Source: an uncultured Bdellovibrionales bacterium (GTDB taxonomy: Bacteria > Patescibacteriota > Minisyncoccia > Moranbacterales > UBA9337). Taken from it: DNA of 32,383 bases. Location of the stretch: contig CAZRUH010000005.1 of assembly GCA_964603325.1 (NCBI GenBank), positions 1 through 32,383 of the forward strand, read 5' to 3'. The notes beneath the pieces were generated by a model, which saw only the letters and a program-made list of their open reading frames with translations, did not search any database and was not told where the DNA came from. The position numbers and the translations under genes are program-made. Of this stretch, positions 8,705 through 17,614 are shown piece after piece (the first letter of the stretch is position 1; the number at the start of each line of letters is the position of its first letter).

Positions 8705-9833
8705 TTTTATAAATTTCTAATGTTTTCTTCGCCATTTCTTCCCAACTATATTTTTTTACTTGCAAATAACCTCTCTTTATTAAAGTATTTCTCATTTTTT
8801 CATCTGTGGTTATTTTTTCTATTGCCTGAACAATACTATCATTATCCTTTGCGTTAAAATAATGAGCCGCTCCCTCCAAAATCTCCTTCATGCATTGATG
8901 ATTTGATGAAATTACCGGTATTCCATTTTGCATTGCTTCCAGTGGAGGTAACCCAAATCCCTCATATAACGACGGGAATATGTATGCTTCCGAGTTTTTG
9001 TAAATATCATACAAATCAACATCCGAAACGAAACCGGAAAAAATCACATTTTCAATGCCTTTTTCTTTAACAAACCTTTTTAGTCTTTTATAAAAATAGT
9101 CTTCTTTACCAACCAAAACCAATTTAAACTCTTGGTTATCTTTTTTTTTAAAAACATTCCATGCACTTACCAGTCCTTCTAAGTTTTTATGAGGATATGC
9201 ATTTCCAACGTAAAGAATGTATGGTTTAATTATACCATATTTACTTAAAACATCATTTTTTTTAACTTTTAGTTTATTCTTGTCACAAGACTCATAAGTA
9301 ATATAAATTTTATCACTATTTATCAACGGATAATTTTTTAAAATATCTTTCTTGGTGAACTTTGAAACCGTAATTATCTTTTTGGATTTTTTAATGGCGT
9401 TTTTAATAATAATCTTGTATGCTAAGAACTTTAACCGATACAAAAACGGATTAAGTGTTGTCCCGCGAGTTGTTGGAAAATGTAATAAAATTAAATCGTG
9501 AATAGTAACAATAAAATTTTTGCGATAAAAAAATGGAACATTAAAATGTGGAAAATGCACCAAGTCCAACTTATATTTACTTAAAAGAATAGGAAATTTT
9601 ATCTGTTCCGAGAAACCATACCATTTATAATCGGCCAACACTTTGTGAAAATTTTTATTTTTTGGACAATACTTATTATAAGTTTCGCTTTTTAAAAAAA
9701 CAAAAAACTGATCTCTGTCATCATTTTTTTTCCGTAAATAAATTTTTTCCAAATTCTCTATCAACTTTTGAACGTATCTCCCCAATCCCTTACTATCTGC
9801 TCCATAAAATCTGGCATCAATTCCTATTCTCAT
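8670..9833 (-). CDS. GT4-family (GT-B) glycosyltransferase
   Basis: MRIGIDAR, GLGRY, HFPHFNVP, VTIHDL, YVGNAYPHKN, PSLYEGFGLPPLEAM. Confidence 0.93.
   Translation of the reverse strand: MRIGIDARFYGADSKGLGRYVQKLIENLEKIYLRKKNDDRDQFFVFLKSETYNKYCPKNKNFHKVLADYKWYGFSEQIKFPILLSKYKLDLVHFPHFNVPFFYRKNFIVTIHDLILLHFPTTRGTTLNPFLYRLKFLAYKIIIKNAIKKSKKIITVSKFTKKDILKNYPLINSDKIYITYESCDKNKLKVKKNDVLSKYGIIKPYILYVGNAYPHKNLEGLVSAWNVFKKKDNQEFKLVLVGKEDYFYKRLKRFVKEKGIENVIFSGFVSDVDLYDIYKNSEAYIFPSLYEGFGLPPLEAMQNGIPVISSNHQCMKEILEGAAHYFNAKDNDSIVQAIEKITTDEKMRNTLIKRGYLQVKKYSWEEMAKKTLEIYKNGYHQNKRKIK
9229..9237 (-). promoter_or_regulatory. Possible internal extended -10 promoter (TGGTATAAT) inside the GT4 gene
   Basis: Exact TGnTATAAT on the minus strand, identical to the motif at 24234-24242; about 525 nt upstream of the DUF4012 start. 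Confidence 0.35.
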
Positions 9834-10755
9834 ACAAACTATTTTTTAAATAATTTTGAATATCATTAACAGCAATGGCTCCTTCGGCGGCAGCGGTTAT
9901 TATTTGTTTAAATTTATTTGAACCGGTTGTAATGTCTCCCGCCGCCCAAATACCGGCTACGCTTGTTTTACCGGAATTATCAACTTTAATATATTCATCT
10001 TTATCAAGTTTTACGCCCAATTTTCTAGCCATTTCAACATTCGGTTCAAAACCGATCTCTATAAAAACTCCAGCTACCTTCAATTCCATATGACCATTAA
10101 AGGGTTTATCAAGTTTTATTTTCTCAACCCTATCACCGCCAACTATTTTTTTAATATTGGTATTATAAATTATAGTCACATTTTTATTTTTTTCTATTAA
10201 ATCTATCCAAAATTTTTCCGCTCGCAATTTATCTTTCCTGTAAATCAAATAAACTCTGTTAGCGATATTTGACAAAAATAGCCCGGCCGAAACAGCGCTG
10301 TCACTTCCTCCAACTATCGCAACCGTTTTGTTTCTATAAAAAAATCCGTCACAAGTGGCGCAATAAGAAACTCCCTTTCCAAGTAATTCCTCTTCACCGA
10401 CAACTCCAAGTTTGCGATGCGTTGAACCAACGGCAATTAGCACAGTTTTTGATGTAAACTCTTGACCGTTTGACAAAATAAGTTTAAATCCGGTTCCTTT
10501 TTTCTTTATTTTATTTACCGTTGCAGGCAAAATTTCCGCACCCAAACTTTTTACATGTTCTACCGCCCTCTTGGTAAAATCATAACCCGTAATATTTTTT
10601 TCTCCCAACCAATTTCCAATTTCATTGGTTTGTGTAACCAATCCTCCGGAAACTTCTCCTATAATAATATTTTTTAAGCCATATCTTGATGCATAAACGG
10701 AGGCGTTTAATCCTGCCGGACCGGCGCCAACAATAATCAAATCGTAATTATTCAT
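9817..10755 (-). CDS. trxB: Thioredoxin-disulfide reductase
   Basis: GAGPAGL FAD motif, GVSYCATCDG redox CxxC, GGSDSA, AAGDIT, QIITAAAEGAIA. Confidence 0.92.
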   Translation of the reverse strand: MNNYDLIIVGAGPAGLNASVYASRYGLKNIIIGEVSGGLVTQTNEIGNWLGEKNITGYDFTKRAVEHVKSLGAEILPATVNKIKKKGTGFKLILSNGQEFTSKTVLIAVGSTHRKLGVVGEEELLGKGVSYCATCDGFFYRNKTVAIVGGSDSAVSAGLFLSNIANRVYLIYRKDKLRAEKFWIDLIEKNKNVTIIYNTNIKKIVGGDRVEKIKLDKPFNGHMELKVAGVFIEIGFEPNVEMARKLGVKLDKDEYIKVDNSGKTSVAGIWAAGDITTGSNKFKQIITAAAEGAIAVNDIQNYLKNSLYENRN

Positions 10756-10775
10756 AAAAAATACATTATTATAAA

Positions 10776-12182
10776 TTATAAATTTTCCTTTATTTCTTTT
10801 ACAGCTTCCTTAAACTTATCACCACGATCAAATTCATTTACAAAAACACCGAAACTTGCCGTTCCCGGCGAAAGTAAAATAATATCACCTTTTTCCGCGC
10901 AACGAGTGGCTTCTTCCACCGCTTTTTTCATAGAGTCTTTTATTTCAAATTCCAAGTGATTTGATTTAATTTTTCTTTTAATAACGGCAATTATTTTATC
11001 AGTAGCGTCACCTTTCAAGAATACCACTCCCTTAACTTTTTTAGCGATAACATCGCCCAATTCAGAAAAATCAAGATTTTTATCGGCGCCACCGGCAATT
11101 AAAATAATCGGCTTATCAAAAGATTTTATCGCGGCAACCGTCGCTTGAGGAATTGTCGCCGCACTATCATTATAATAACTAATTCCATTGATAGTATCTA
11201 CAAACTCCATACGATGAGCTATCAGATTGATTTTTGAAATTGATTTTTTAATTTCTTTCAATCTCAGTCCATAAACAAATGCCACGCCTATAGCCGCCAA
11301 AACATTGGAAATATTATGTTTACTGTGTAAATTTAATTCTTTTGTCGTAGCTACTTTTCTTATATCAACTCCATCATCAATATAAATTACCCCATCTTCG
11401 CAAAAAACAGACCTCTCTCCTTGACGTCCATTTAGAGAAAATCTTAAAATTTGTGAATTCGCTTCTTCTATAATTTCTTTTAAGTTTTCATCGTCTCCAT
11501 TGATTACCAGCCAACTTGTTGATTTTTGAAAACGAAAAATATTTTTTTTATCCTCCAGATATTCCTCCATTCCTTTATAATAATTGAGATGATCCGGTAA
11601 AATATTTTTAAAAACGGCAATGGGTGGACTTATTTTAGCGTTTTTCAGAGCTGACAATCTCCAACTTGATAACTCAAAAACTACCGGAGAATTTTTTTTA
11701 ATTTTTTCCAATTTATCCAAAACGGACGTTTGTCCAACTCCAACCATAATGGGTTTTTTTCCGGCATTTTTCAAAATGTCAAAAATCATTGAAGCCGTTG
11801 TTGTCTTTCCTTTTGTTCCCGTCACTCCTATAATTTTATTTTTACAAAGTTTGAAAAATAAACTGGAATCCATTTCAACGGGAATTTTATTGGCTAGCGC
11901 TCTTTTTATATATTTATTATTCCAAGAAATACTGGGATTCTTAATAACCATATCAACTTTGGTAAAATCTTCAATGCGATGATACCCCAAAACAAATTCA
12001 ATATTATGAATCCCCTTTAATTGATCTAAGCTTTTTTTTAATTCCTTTTTGGTTTTTATATCCGTAACAACAATTTTTTTTACTCCTTGCTTCGCCAAAA
12101 ACTTAACAACACCCAAACCGCCTCCCAGCAGTCCCAATCCAAAAACCGTCACTTTCTTGTTTTTAAAATAATCTATTTTCAT
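10776..12182 (-). CDS. murD: UDP-N-acetylmuramoyl-L-alanine--D-glutamate ligase
   Basis: GLGLLGGG, GVTGTKGKTTT, ELSSWRL, PDHLNYY, HRMEFV, NDSAAT, IAGGADK, LLSPGTASF, RGDKF. Confidence 0.93.
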   Translation of the reverse strand: MKIDYFKNKKVTVFGLGLLGGGLGVVKFLAKQGVKKIVVTDIKTKKELKKSLDQLKGIHNIEFVLGYHRIEDFTKVDMVIKNPSISWNNKYIKRALANKIPVEMDSSLFFKLCKNKIIGVTGTKGKTTTASMIFDILKNAGKKPIMVGVGQTSVLDKLEKIKKNSPVVFELSSWRLSALKNAKISPPIAVFKNILPDHLNYYKGMEEYLEDKKNIFRFQKSTSWLVINGDDENLKEIIEEANSQILRFSLNGRQGERSVFCEDGVIYIDDGVDIRKVATTKELNLHSKHNISNVLAAIGVAFVYGLRLKEIKKSISKINLIAHRMEFVDTINGISYYNDSAATIPQATVAAIKSFDKPIILIAGGADKNLDFSELGDVIAKKVKGVVFLKGDATDKIIAVIKRKIKSNHLEFEIKDSMKKAVEEATRCAEKGDIILLSPGTASFGVFVNEFDRGDKFKEAVKEIKENL

Positions 12183-12188
12183 ATTTTT

Positions 12189-13760
12189 TTAATTAGAAAT
12201 AATTTCACCATTTCTTGTTTCCGTATATTCGCCATTTTCCACAACAATTTTTCCATTAACTATTACATAATCAATCCCCGTTGAATATTGATAAGGTTTA
12301 TCAATTGTGGCGTTATCTTTAATTGTTTCCGGGTCAATAACAACCACATCCGCAAAATATCCTTTTTGAATAATCCCTCTCTTTTTAATATTAAATCTCT
12401 TGGCCGGCTTCCCCGTCATTTTATTGATGGCATCCTCCCATTCCAGCAAGTTTTTCCTTTTTACAAAATCATAAAGAACTTTGGGAAATGAACCAAAATC
12501 TCTTGGATGAACCAAATCACCACTACTTTTGTGGGAAATTCCATATCCGGCCCCATTTGAAGAAATTATGGACAAAGGATGCTTAATCACTTTGTTTAAA
12601 TTTTCTTCGCTCAATACTTTTGTAATGGTTGTAATTTGCCCATTACTGGCTATCAATAAGTCAATTACCGCATCTTCAATTCCTTTTTCCTGTGACTTGG
12701 CAACATCTTTAATTGTTCTTCTTATGACCGTGTTATCAAAAGAATATACCGAAACAATAATATTGCCATAATCAATATTATCTTTTTTCATTTCTTTTAT
12801 GATTTTTTTTCTAATACGAGAATCTTTTAAACGACCAATCATCAACTTTCTTCCTCCTCTGGAAACCCAGTCCGGCAAAAAAGTATACAAAACCGATCCG
12901 GTGGCTGTATATGGGTATACATCAAAACCGATATCAACGCCTTTCTCCTTGGCATTTTCAATTTTATTCAAAACATCATCCATAAAAGACCAATTTTTCT
13001 CCCCCATTATTTTTAAATGCGATATCTGCAAACGAGCGCCTGTTTTCTGAGCAATCTTTATTACTTCATCAATTGATTCCAAAATATTTGAGGATTCATC
13101 TCTAATATGCGCGGTAAATATTCTTTTTTTGCGAGAAACCAATTTAGCCAACTCTTGCAGTTCCCGTTGTGATGCCAATTTTGCATGAGAATAAACCAAT
13201 CCCGTAGATAATCCGACAGCGCCTTCTTTAAATGCTTTTGCGATAATTTTTTTCATTTCTTCCAATTCTATATCCTCCAAATCCTTAAGTGAATCACCCA
13301 CAATACCACGTCGGACCGTGCTATGACCGATTAATGTGCCGAAATTAACCGGCAAATTAACTTTCTTTACCTCTTCCAAAAAATCTTTTATTGAAACCCA
13401 ATTTATATTTATTTTTGTTATATCCAGCCACTTTCGTATAGATTTAATCATTTCCGAATTATCCAATGGCGCCAAAGAAGATCCGCAATTTCCTCCAATG
13501 ATGGTGGTAATTCCTTGATATACCAAACTTTTTAAATTCGGATCGGAAAAAATTCTCCACTTGGTGTCGGAGTGATTATTTGTATCTATAAATCCGGGAG
13601 TTACATATTTTCCCTGTGCGTCAATTTCATATTCCGCCTGTTCATTACTCAAATCTTCCATTTTTGAGATTTCATCATCCTTAATTCCAATGTCACTTTT
13701 AAACATTGGTTTCCCACTCCCATCAATTATGGTTCCACCTCTAATAATAATATCAAACAT
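12189..13760 (-). CDS. N-acyl-D-amino-acid deacylase (D-aminoacylase) homolog, amidohydrolase superfamily, with substituted active-site residues
   Basis: IIDGSG, PGFIDTNNHSD, GNCGSS, GLSTGLVY, HIRDES, ISHLK, DVYPYTA, HPRDFGSFP, KMTGKPA, GIDYVIVNG. Confidence 0.85.
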   Translation of the reverse strand: MFDIIIRGGTIIDGSGKPMFKSDIGIKDDEISKMEDLSNEQAEYEIDAQGKYVTPGFIDTNNHSDTKWRIFSDPNLKSLVYQGITTIIGGNCGSSLAPLDNSEMIKSIRKWLDITKININWVSIKDFLEEVKKVNLPVNFGTLIGHSTVRRGIVGDSLKDLEDIELEEMKKIIAKAFKEGAVGLSTGLVYSHAKLASQRELQELAKLVSRKKRIFTAHIRDESSNILESIDEVIKIAQKTGARLQISHLKIMGEKNWSFMDDVLNKIENAKEKGVDIGFDVYPYTATGSVLYTFLPDWVSRGGRKLMIGRLKDSRIRKKIIKEMKKDNIDYGNIIVSVYSFDNTVIRRTIKDVAKSQEKGIEDAVIDLLIASNGQITTITKVLSEENLNKVIKHPLSIISSNGAGYGISHKSSGDLVHPRDFGSFPKVLYDFVKRKNLLEWEDAINKMTGKPAKRFNIKKRGIIQKGYFADVVVIDPETIKDNATIDKPYQYSTGIDYVIVNGKIVVENGEYTETRNGEIISN

Positions 13761-13774
13761 ATCCGCTGAAAAAA

Positions 13775-14779
13775 TTATTTTATATTTATTATTTTTTCCG
13801 CCATATCAACAAGTCTATTGCTATATCCCCACTCATTATCATACCAACCGGCAATTTTTATTAAATTTCCTCCAACCACTTTTGTTAAATCTTTCTGAAA
13901 AATAACCGAATGTGGATTTCCGATTATATCGCGAGACACCAAAGGTATATCGGTCACTTGCATAATATTTCGCATTTCATTCTCAGACGCTTCTAAAAAA
14001 GCGCTATTTATTTCATTTTCATCAACTTCCTTCTTTAAAATCGCCGTTAAATCACTTACTGAACCCACTATTGTCGGCACTCTGTAAGCCATTCCGTCAA
14101 AATTACCTTTTAAAGATGGTAATGTTAATGTTGTTGCAATCGCCGCCCCGGTTGATGTCGGTATAACATTTTGAGCTGCCGCCCTACCTCTTCGCTTATC
14201 TTTTTTACCAACTCCGTCCACCAAAGATTGAGTTGACGTATAACTATGTATCGTTGACATTAGAGCTTTTTCCACTCCAAAATTATCTTCCAAAACTTTC
14301 ATCATCGGCGCCAAACAATTCGTTGTGCAAGAAGCATTGGAGACAATATCATCGGAATTGCTTATTTCATTGGAGTTAACACCTATTACAAATGTTTTTA
14401 TCGTCTCATCTTTTGTTGGAGCGGATATAACCACTTTTTTTGCTCCCGCTTTCAAATGATTACTTGCACCCTCCCTGTCGGTAAAAAATCCCGTACATTC
14501 CAAAACAACATCTACATTCATTTCTTTCCACGGAAGATTTTTGGGATCTCTCTCTGAGAAAACGGGATATTTTTTACCATCAATCACTAAGTTATTCTCA
14601 TCAAATTCCACTTCTTTGCCATAAACCCCATAGGCAGAATCATATTTTAAAAGATACGCCAAATCTTCTGTCGAAGAAAGGTCATTGATTGCCACCACCT
14701 CCAAATCATTTCTCTCTAAAATTATTTTAAATGACGGCCGACCGATGCGACCGAACCCGTTAATTGCTACTTTAATCAT
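13775..14779 (-). CDS. gap: Type I glyceraldehyde-3-phosphate dehydrogenase
   Basis: INGFGRIGR, ECTGFF, SNASCTTNCLAP, PTSTGAA, WYDNEWGYS. Confidence 0.97.
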   Translation of the reverse strand: MIKVAINGFGRIGRPSFKIILERNDLEVVAINDLSSTEDLAYLLKYDSAYGVYGKEVEFDENNLVIDGKKYPVFSERDPKNLPWKEMNVDVVLECTGFFTDREGASNHLKAGAKKVVISAPTKDETIKTFVIGVNSNEISNSDDIVSNASCTTNCLAPMMKVLEDNFGVEKALMSTIHSYTSTQSLVDGVGKKDKRRGRAAAQNVIPTSTGAAIATTLTLPSLKGNFDGMAYRVPTIVGSVSDLTAILKKEVDENEINSAFLEASENEMRNIMQVTDIPLVSRDIIGNPHSVIFQKDLTKVVGGNLIKIAGWYDNEWGYSNRLVDMAEKIINIK

Positions 14780-14800
14780 ATTTTTCTACAATTTTAATTT

Positions 14801-16069
14801 TTATTTATAATCTACTTTATTCATAGCTCTTTTTAAAATAGTCATTAAAACCTTTTCTTCGCCGGATAATTCCAAAACCAAACTTGCCAATCCTATGGGA
14901 GTAACATCCTGAGTGCTTACCAATTCACCGGTCTCATCAATAATATGCGCCGCATCTTGTGGTCGCAAAAAGATAACCTTCGGCTGATCAACAAATGACA
15001 ACCTTTCCGCCCATCCCGGAGAAAGTAAAACTTTTTTTATGCCCGGCAAGCCGGATCCTCCGCCACACATCAATATTCTTGTCGGCAAAATATCATTTTG
15101 CGAAAATTCTGACAATGCTAATTCTACTCCACTTAGCCAAATACGGCAATCTTCTTCAAACATTTTTTCTATTTTTTGCGTATCAAATTTGTTTAATTTC
15201 CCCAAAGAATAATTCAATTTTATTTGTTCCGATTTTTCCAATTCAATATTAAATTCTTGAGATAATTTTTTGGTAAAAGCTCTACCCCCCAAAGCAAACA
15301 TTTTTGTACCTTCCAATCCGCCATTTCTAACTACGGCAATATCGGTAGTTCCTCCACCAACATCAATAAACACTGCATTAAAATTTAAATCACCTTCAAA
15401 ATCAACCAATCGCGCTACCGCATAAGGCTCAGCTGCAATATTTACCAATCCAATGCCCAATTCATTAACTATTGTTTCAATTGCCCCCAGATGAATTGTT
15501 GGGGCGTAAGCATTAAAAACACTAATGGACACATTGTGACCTTGAAATCCCAAAGGATTGCTTATTCTATACCCATCAATTTTAACACTGGAAATGGCGG
15601 CATTTATCAATTTTATATCAATATTACTTTGATTTGTTTCCCATGCGATTTGTTTTTGTATCCTTTCATAAGCTTTTTGTTGAACTTTTTGAATAATATC
15701 TTTCAATTCCGACATTCCTATTTTTACATCGGAATTTACTCTTTCATAATGAACCGTGGTTGTCGTTCCCTTAACTAATTCTCCGGCAATTCCGACAATT
15801 GCATATTTTATTTTTCTAACTCCCGCCTTGTTTTTAGCAATATTTATCGCTTCTTTGGCAACCTCAATAACTCCGGAAATATCCGAAACCGCTCCACTTT
15901 GCATATTACCAAATTTTTGTCTAACTTTTCCAACACCAATCACCACACCTTTTTTATTTTCATCATCAATTTTAACAACCAAAGCTTTTACCACTTCCGT
16001 CCCAATATCTAACGCTAGGATCAACTTAGGTTTTTTTTGCCCGGAAAAAATTTTTGAAATAAAATTCAT
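14801..16069 (-). CDS. FtsA-like actin-fold ATPase (probably a paralog, since it is not beside ftsZ)
   Basis: ALDIGTE (phosphate 1), GAVSDI, AEPYA, IDVGGGTTD (phosphate 2), GGRAFT, CGGGSGLPG (adenosine motif). Confidence 0.8.
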   Translation of the reverse strand: MNFISKIFSGQKKPKLILALDIGTEVVKALVVKIDDENKKGVVIGVGKVRQKFGNMQSGAVSDISGVIEVAKEAINIAKNKAGVRKIKYAIVGIAGELVKGTTTTVHYERVNSDVKIGMSELKDIIQKVQQKAYERIQKQIAWETNQSNIDIKLINAAISSVKIDGYRISNPLGFQGHNVSISVFNAYAPTIHLGAIETIVNELGIGLVNIAAEPYAVARLVDFEGDLNFNAVFIDVGGGTTDIAVVRNGGLEGTKMFALGGRAFTKKLSQEFNIELEKSEQIKLNYSLGKLNKFDTQKIEKMFEEDCRIWLSGVELALSEFSQNDILPTRILMCGGGSGLPGIKKVLLSPGWAERLSFVDQPKVIFLRPQDAAHIIDETGELVSTQDVTPIGLASLVLELSGEEKVLMTILKRAMNKVDYK

Positions 16070-16084
16070 AGTTTTTATTAAAAA

Positions 16085-17092
16085 TTAATTCAATTTTTCC
16101 AACTTAACTTTTGAAAATTTCTCTAAAATACTTTTTTTATCCAATAATCCCCGCTTGGCTCCATAATGTCGTATTACACTTAAACTGTTGGAAATTCCCC
16201 ACCTTAAAGAATTATCAATGCTTTCACCACTTAAAATGCCTGCCAAAAAACCACTTGAAAAAGAATCTCCGGCACCCAATGTGTCAACAATCTTATCCGC
16301 TTTTGATTTCGCTTTGAAAACATTTTTACCATCAAACAACCAAGCGCCTCTATCTCCATCAGTTAATGCCACTATACGCGCACCCATATCGTTTAAGCAT
16401 TTTACTAAAAACACTTCATTGTTTAAATTATCAGGATTTTTCTCAATTTCATTATTTTGTAAAATTTCTATAGCTTCATCTTTATTTAAAATCAGAATTT
16501 CTGTTTTTTTAATCATTTCAAATATTTTCGCGGGATTATCTTTTATATTTCGTTGTCCGGGATTAAAATAAACGCCAATATTATTGCTTTGAGAAATTTC
16601 CAAAAGCACATCAAAATGATTTTCCCAATCACCATTTAAAGCGCTCACAAACAATTTTTTTGTTCTTTTCAATACTCTGCGATTTAACTCCAAATTTTTA
16701 TTGGCATCCCTATTAAAAAATATCAGATGTTCTTTATTTTTCCTGTCTACTATTATGGCAGATAAATCGCTCCGACAACTTCTATCAACTTGCAAAAATC
16801 TTACATCAACACCTTCCTTTTTTAATTCTTTCCTTATCCATTTCCCGGTATGATCATTTCCAATTTTTGTATAACAAGCCGTTTTTATTTTTAATCTTGA
16901 AAGCCCCTGATTAACAATAGCCGCGCAACCACCGGGAACCTCATAAATATTATCCGCTTGAAACTTCGCCCCCAATTCAAACGCTAACTTTTTCTGAGAA
17001 GTTAATTCCTCAGGGGTGTTTAAAATTTTTCCTCCGGCAACCGGGAAAAAAATATCTTTTGACGATGATCCAATGCAAATTACTTCATTCAT
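16085..17092 (-). CDS. PfkB/ribokinase-family carbohydrate kinase
   Basis: PGG, IGNDHTG, FNPG, LNKDEA, TDGDRGA, DTLGAGDSFSSGF signature. Confidence 0.92.
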   Translation of the reverse strand: MNEVICIGSSSKDIFFPVAGGKILNTPEELTSQKKLAFELGAKFQADNIYEVPGGCAAIVNQGLSRLKIKTACYTKIGNDHTGKWIRKELKKEGVDVRFLQVDRSCRSDLSAIIVDRKNKEHLIFFNRDANKNLELNRRVLKRTKKLFVSALNGDWENHFDVLLEISQSNNIGVYFNPGQRNIKDNPAKIFEMIKKTEILILNKDEAIEILQNNEIEKNPDNLNNEVFLVKCLNDMGARIVALTDGDRGAWLFDGKNVFKAKSKADKIVDTLGAGDSFSSGFLAGILSGESIDNSLRWGISNSLSVIRHYGAKRGLLDKKSILEKFSKVKLEKLN

Positions 17093-17127
17093 TTTATTTA
17101 AAATTTAAAACCATTTTACTTAATTAT

Positions 17128-17592
17128 TTACCAACCACCACCGGAACCTTGCCCTCCAAACTGTCCACCGCCGGGGTTTACAGTTTGTTGACTTTGCGCC
17201 GGATTTTGAAAATAATTAAAACTATCCAAATTTATATTTATTAAATCCGGATTAATCTTATACAAAATCATTGCCGCCACCATAACAGCAACCAGCCCAA
17301 ACAAAGCGTCGGAAATAACTTTTTTAGCACTTTCCATTTGAGAATTATTCCCGGCTGCAGTGATATACATAAAACCACCCATGGAAATCATTAGTAATGC
17401 GGCTATTCCCACCGACCAAATGGCAAATTTATATATTGCCTGAACATATGCTGGAAAACTAGAAATATTTTCTACTCCGCCACTTCCCGGTATTGCCTCC
17501 ATTGGAACATATTGTTGCGCTATGGAAACATTGTTTCCAAAAACAATTGCCAAGAAAAAAACAATTATTATTACTGAAACTATTTTTTTCAT
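17128..17592 (-). CDS. VirB2/TrbC-like (T4SS-type) pilin with Gly-rich C-terminal tail
   Basis: Signal peptide ending VSIA, two hydrophobic helices around GGFMYITAAGNNSQMESAKKVISDALFGL, then INPDL, a pattern typical of CPR T4SS pilins. Confidence 0.8.
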   Translation of the reverse strand: MKKIVSVIIIVFFLAIVFGNNVSIAQQYVPMEAIPGSGGVENISSFPAYVQAIYKFAIWSVGIAALLMISMGGFMYITAAGNNSQMESAKKVISDALFGLVAVMVAAMILYKINPDLININLDSFNYFQNPAQSQQTVNPGGGQFGGQGSGGGW

Positions 17593-17614
17593 TTTTTAAA
17601 AACCGATTATTAAA

